Below the pieces are notes generated by a model. That model saw only the letters and a program-made list of their open reading frames with translations, did no database searches and had not been told where the DNA came from. A program made the position numbers and the translations under genes. A stretch of DNA of 64,000 nt from an uncultured Gammaproteobacteria bacterium (lineage in GTDB: Bacteria; Patescibacteriota; Microgenomatia; UBA10105; UBA927). Each line of letters begins with the position of its first letter. The stretch's first letter is position 1. Shown here one piece after another: positions 59,738-64,000 of the stretch. The DNA lies in assembly GCA_964629685.1 (NCBI GenBank), contig CAZVTT010000001.1, forward strand, positions 244,603 to 308,602, in the 5' to 3' direction.

Positions 59738-60418
59738 ATGAATATTTCAGTTTTAGGTACGGGGGTAGTAGGTAGAGCGCACGCGGAAAAATTAGTTTCT
59801 CTTGGTCATAGTGTGACGGTAGGTACAAAAGACGTACAGAAAACTATGTCCGAGCAGCAACCCGATGGGATGGGTAATCCGCCGTTTTCCGTTTGGCATA
59901 AAGATCACGCTCAGGTTAAGTTAGCTACATTTGCTGACGCGGCTAAATCCGGAGATATTATATTTGAAGCTTTGCACGGCGCGATTGTGGTGGAAGTACT
60001 CAAAGGTGTGGAAGCAGAGTTGGCAGGGAAAATAGTTATCGATATTGCAAATCCACTGGATTTTTCCCGTGGCATGCCACCATCACTATTTATAAGTAAT
60101 ACCGACTCATTGGGTGAACAAGTGCAAAACGCGTTACCCCAGGTAAAAATCGTAAAAACGTTTAATACCATGAATGCACAACTGCAGGTAAATCCGCGGT
60201 TGTTGAAAGACGGGGACCACCATATTTTTATAAGCGGAAACGATCAGGCAGCAAAACAGCAGGTTACGGAATTCTTAAAGGCGTACGGTTGGAAATTTAT
60301 TATCGACCTGGGAGATATCTCTACGGCTCGCGGCACGGAAATGCTTATGCCTATATGGTTAAGGTTGTGGGGATCGCTGAAAACTCCCATGTTTAACTAC
60401 AAAATAGTTACGGAGTAA
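59738..60418 (+). CDS. NADP oxidoreductase, F420-dependent family
   Basis: LGTGVVG, IDIANPL, SLGEQVQ...VKTFNT, DLGDISTARGTE. Confidence 0.88.
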   Translation: MNISVLGTGVVGRAHAEKLVSLGHSVTVGTKDVQKTMSEQQPDGMGNPPFSVWHKDHAQVKLATFADAAKSGDIIFEALHGAIVVEVLKGVEAELAGKIVIDIANPLDFSRGMPPSLFISNTDSLGEQVQNALPQVKIVKTFNTMNAQLQVNPRLLKDGDHHIFISGNDQAAKQQVTEFLKAYGWKFIIDLGDISTARGTEMLMPIWLRLWGSLKTPMFNYKIVTE

Positions 60419-60522
60419 TATCTGCATTTTATTTAAAACATACGGCGACTCTCGGAATATCCGATTTTTATCTGTCTTATTTGTTATACCGTGTGTGATT
60501 GACCAGGAGGATATAACAGTGT

Positions 60523-61152
60523 ATGCAAAATAGTATTTTGTACCTTCATGGTGGGGGGACTTCCGATAAGCATACGACCGGATACTTACAGGAATCTTTA
60601 CGCCGGTTCGATATTACCGGCTATTCCTTTGACTTCAGCGGACAGGGAGCTACTCCTACGGCTTTGCGGGAATCTAGTCTCGAACACCGTTGCCGGGAAG
60701 CGCAATCAGCAATATCTAAGTTTCGGTTAACTGAACCTTTAACCGTTTGCGGTTCAAGTATGGGGGGATATATTGCCATAAAACTTCTGGAAACATATGC
60801 CATAGAGCATCTCATCCTATTCTGTCCCGCTGTATATGACAGAAAAGCGTTTTCGTTATCGTTTGATGAAAAATTTTCTTCCGTTATCAGGGTGAAAGAC
60901 AGTTGGAAAAACTCAGATGCATTTGAAATATTAGATAAATTTACCGGAAAAATACTGATTATTACCGGAGAAAAAGACGAAGTCATTCCTCCCGAACTTT
61001 TAGTTCAATTGGCTACCGCATTAACGCACGCATCGTATAAAGAAATTATTACTATTCCGGGGTGTCCTCATAAAATACACGGTTGGCTGCGTACGGAGCC
61101 TATTTGGACGGAGAAAATAGCAGATGCTATTGCGGCATTTCTTAAGCGGTAA
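60523..61152 (+). CDS. alpha/beta hydrolase
   Basis: LHGGG, GSSMGG nucleophile elbow, D and H triad positions. Confidence 0.85.
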   Translation: MQNSILYLHGGGTSDKHTTGYLQESLRRFDITGYSFDFSGQGATPTALRESSLEHRCREAQSAISKFRLTEPLTVCGSSMGGYIAIKLLETYAIEHLILFCPAVYDRKAFSLSFDEKFSSVIRVKDSWKNSDAFEILDKFTGKILIITGEKDEVIPPELLVQLATALTHASYKEIITIPGCPHKIHGWLRTEPIWTEKIADAIAAFLKR

Positions 61153-61247
61153 CAGCATCACCGGATTTTTACAGACAGGCCTGTGTATCCGTTCGACGCA
61201 AAAGGAACAAATAGCCTGAGGATATTCCGCGATGCTATACTAAAAAT

Positions 61248-61598
61248 ATGAAGAAACCTGCACCGTCGTCATTAGAAGTTTGGTTGCATACCCTTGTTCA
61301 CTTTATCGGTGTACTTATCATCTATTGGCTGGTAGTCGTCCCTCCTGTCTGGATATCCATAGTAGCGATTATAATTGAAAAACTGCAGATGACGCTTCTG
61401 GGTCATTGTTTTCTGACAAATATTGCTCACAAGCGGGGAGTAATGGTGGGAATGACGTATTGGGAATTCGTTGCGTATAAATGTAAAGTTAAACATCACA
61501 AAGTTGCCGGACGACGGATAGATAATTTTATAAAAGTAACGATTATTTTAGTACTGGTTATTCGGCTTATGATGTGGGTGCAAAGAATGTTTTTGTAA
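61248..61598 (+). CDS. hypothetical membrane protein
   Basis: TM helices, GHCFLT; TGCTATACT-N6-ATG upstream. Confidence 0.65.
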   Translation: MKKPAPSSLEVWLHTLVHFIGVLIIYWLVVVPPVWISIVAIIIEKLQMTLLGHCFLTNIAHKRGVMVGMTYWEFVAYKCKVKHHKVAGRRIDNFIKVTIILVLVIRLMMWVQRMFL

Positions 61599-61601
61599 CC
61601 G

Positions 61602-62399
61602 TTATTTTGAACGTTTTCTTCTGTATAAAAATAATCCTACGCCTAACATCGTCATAGTAAGTGCGATTCCCAAGAAGAACGCGGCGGCAGCAAGTGAGAC
61701 TGCTGTGCGTTCCCCGTTGGGAATAGTCGGAGTTGGCTGAGTGGGGGAGATTATTCCGGTTGAAGTTGGGGGAATGGTTGCGGTTTCAATGACCGCAACC
61801 GGCGTTGCAGCAATAGTTTCTGTTGGCGGTGAGTCCTTCATTGTTTCTGTAGGCATAGGGCTTTCCGTGGGTATGGGTGTGAACGTGGGCAGAGGAGGAG
61901 GGGGAGGACATGTATTTGGACTGTTATATGTGGGGGACGTACAAATAGTCCAACTGCCTGAGCCGTCTACATGTCTGCCTACTGAAGTATTATAACCCAG
62001 AGTACTACTGTATCCCTGACTGTCGGCACGGGAGTTATTCTTGTCGTACAGGTTAACCGTGTCACCTTCATTAAATAGGCTAATAGCTGTTACTGCCTGA
62101 GATACTGAATAAAATCCACCCGGAGGAATATCTATCCCGGCGGAAAATGTAAATATTTTTTTATCACCTGCAGAATTTTCCAGTTTCCAACCATCCAATG
62201 ACACGGTTTCAGGCCCCGTGTTATAAAGTTCAATCCATTCGGACGTTTCATCACTTGGTTTGGGGAACAGTTCATTTATTACCATTGCTGCAGAAACCGA
62301 CACATTCTTTGGAAATAGCACTGGAATAATGAAAAATACACATATTCCGACTAGAACGGCACGTGCGAACAAAAGTGATTTTGTGTAAAGAAAATACAT
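61602..62399 (-). CDS. lamin-tail-domain surface protein with P/T linker and C-terminal anchor
   Basis: VINELFP.P...EWIELYN..L.GWKL; C-terminal TM plus RRKRSK. Confidence 0.85.
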   Translation of the reverse strand: MYFLYTKSLLFARAVLVGICVFFIIPVLFPKNVSVSAAMVINELFPKPSDETSEWIELYNTGPETVSLDGWKLENSAGDKKIFTFSAGIDIPPGGFYSVSQAVTAISLFNEGDTVNLYDKNNSRADSQGYSSTLGYNTSVGRHVDGSGSWTICTSPTYNSPNTCPPPPPLPTFTPIPTESPMPTETMKDSPPTETIAATPVAVIETATIPPTSTGIISPTQPTPTIPNGERTAVSLAAAAFFLGIALTMTMLGVGLFLYRRKRSK

Positions 62400-62623
62400 G
62401 ATATCGATGTATTATACATATACCGGACGAGTGCGTCGGAAGTCAGAAATATGCTATCTTGGGTTAAAGGCTCCCAGGGGGGGGAAATTCAGCTTTTATT
62501 CAGTTTTATTATATATATTGACTGTTTTGGTACAATAATACAGTCCCGACGCTCCAATATTTCCGTTCTATTGGAAGAATTCGTGTACTAAGCATTCAGG
62601 AACGTGCGATTATTGATTAGAGT

Positions 62624-63238
62624 ATGTTAAAAAAAGTAAAAGAATTTTCACATCAGCTTCCGGATAAAAAAAGGTATTTTGAGTTTATTACTGCTTTGTT
62701 AACAATACCGGTTATGCTTACGGTATTGATTACCAATCTGAATAATATTAAAAGTCAGAAGTCAGTTCAGAATCAGTCGCAAATTACTCCCACGCTCAGT
62801 GTGACGCCTCCTCAAACAACTAAGGAAGCAGAAAAAAAATCCGGATCCGTGTCCGGAAAAACACCGACCCCGACGCTTACACCGGATCCGGTGCAATGTA
62901 AACGGGAAATCGGTCCCGTGAGTGTGGTAAGTCCGGAGCAGAACGAAACCGTAAATAAAGATCCTGTATGTATCGATATTGCCCGGGAAGGTGCAAGTTA
63001 CTGTGCGGTTGTCTGGTCATATAGGATAAACGGCAGTTCATGGTCCGATTATACCGATAAATCAATCTGTCTTTATTCGTTATCTCCCGGTACGAAACAA
63101 CTGGAGCTACGGGTAAAAAGTGTCGTAACAGGGGAGGAGCGCATCCTGGAGCGAACGTTTTCTATTGCAGGTACAACTATGACGCCAACCCCTACAACCA
63201 GTACTTCGTCAGCTACCCTACAAACGGATACTCAGTAA
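62624..63238 (+). CDS. hypothetical exported protein
   Basis: TM, P/T linker, Cys-containing Ig-like domain. Confidence 0.7.
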   Translation: MLKKVKEFSHQLPDKKRYFEFITALLTIPVMLTVLITNLNNIKSQKSVQNQSQITPTLSVTPPQTTKEAEKKSGSVSGKTPTPTLTPDPVQCKREIGPVSVVSPEQNETVNKDPVCIDIAREGASYCAVVWSYRINGSSWSDYTDKSICLYSLSPGTKQLELRVKSVVTGEERILERTFSIAGTTMTPTPTTSTSSATLQTDTQ

Positions 63239-63266
63239 TGTGTAATTATGACATCATAATTACACA
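63239..63266. other. perfect 13-bp inverted repeat (terminator or operator)
   Basis: TGTGTAATTATGA-CA-TCATAATTACACA immediately after the stop at 63238. Confidence 0.5.
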
Positions 63267-63313
63267 GTTCAGTGAATAGTAATTCCTGAATGGCAATGTG
63301 GTAGTTTTTACGT

Positions 63314-64000
63314 ATGAATTCTTTTTCAGTCGATACGATACCTGTCTCCATGGTAATGATTGCATATAACGAGGCAGATCATATTCATGATGTTATCGTC
63401 GAGTATTATGAGGAGATCTTTAAGAAATTACCCCGGGGCAGCGAGTTTATTGTCTATTTAGACAAACCGACAGACGGAACCTCGGCTGTTGTAAAAGAAC
63501 TATCTCAAAAATATAGATTGCGCGTCTCTGAAGGTGAAGTAAATTTAGGTTATGCCGGCGCTTTGAAAGCTGCGTTTTCGTTAGCCCAAAATGATGTTGT
63601 ATTCTATTCAGACTCATCGGGAAAACACCGTGCCGGTGATTTTTGGCAATTGTTTCCGTATGTATCGCAATACGATATTGTGTCCGGATGGCGAAAATGG
63701 CGTAGCGATCCAATGATCAGAAGAATTATCACCGTGTGTCAGCGGATGCTGGTATCCGTCTTTTTTAGGTTACCGATGCACGATTATAATACGGGGTTTA
63801 AATGTGTACACAGAAGGGTGTTGGAGGATGTTTTACCTGCCTGCAAATATACCAAGCAGAGTTTTTCCACGGAATTGTGTGTACGGGCGATGGTGAAAGG
63901 GTATTCTATTATTAGCGTCCCTGTCGTATTCCGAAATAGACGGAATACAACTACCGGAACGAATTATATGCAGTTACCGGGAATAATATTCAGATCATTA
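63314..64000 (+). CDS. family 2 glycosyltransferase (DPM1-like), 3' end outside window
   Basis: Not in the ORF track; translated by hand: MVMIAYNEA, DKPTDGT, NLGYAGAL, DIVSGWR, DYNTGFK, VPVVFRNR. Confidence 0.85.
   Translation, partial: MNSFSVDTIPVSMVMIAYNEADHIHDVIVEYYEEIFKKLPRGSEFIVYLDKPTDGTSAVVKELSQKYRLRVSEGEVNLGYAGALKAAFSLAQNDVVFYSDSSGKHRAGDFWQLFPYVSQYDIVSGWRKWRSDPMIRRIITVCQRMLVSVFFRLPMHDYNTGFKCVHRRVLEDVLPACKYTKQSFSTELCVRAMVKGYSIISVPVVFRNRRNTTTGTNYMQLPGIIFRSL

Noticed and set aside
50032-61598. Integron interpretation of the small-gene array
   Set aside because: No intI gene and no recurring attC-type inverted cores were visible in the spacers; the genes carry their own promoters.

Overview
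Chromosomal window from a small-genome bacterium using standard code 11. It is most consistent with Patescibacteria/CPR (Microgenomates-like); this is inferred from CPR-type pilins, mevalonate-pathway mvaD, conserved CPR-style hypotheticals and apparently leaderless genes. Core genes: mvaD (partial), uppS, smpB followed by tmRNA, comF, thiN, tdk and dnaG-rpoD-pyk, plus seven tRNAs (all four Ser isoacceptors, Arg-GCG, Arg-CCG, Asn-GTT). Accessory blocks: (1) a three-gene pilin cluster. (2) An AT-rich islet behind a tRNA-Ser pair, with a GIY-YIG nuclease set in REP-like palindromes that abut tRNA/tmRNA ends, a three-gene module around a proteasome-beta-like (Ntn) protein, and tRNA-3'-end-like direct repeats. 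(3) A TetR-headed carotenoid (crtI, crtB, elongase, glycosyltransferase) plus photolyase operon with two clear operators. (4) A group-3-like [NiFe] hydrogenase with a truncated small subunit and a non-canonical maturation set (HypC, EamA, DUF6390-like, protease). (5) An ~11 kb run of small stress/resistance-type genes after tRNA-Asn. A probable 6S-like RNA and two other structured non-coding loci were seen. No CRISPR array, rRNA, transposase or integrase was found. All protein family calls come from motif recognition by eye, not from database searches.
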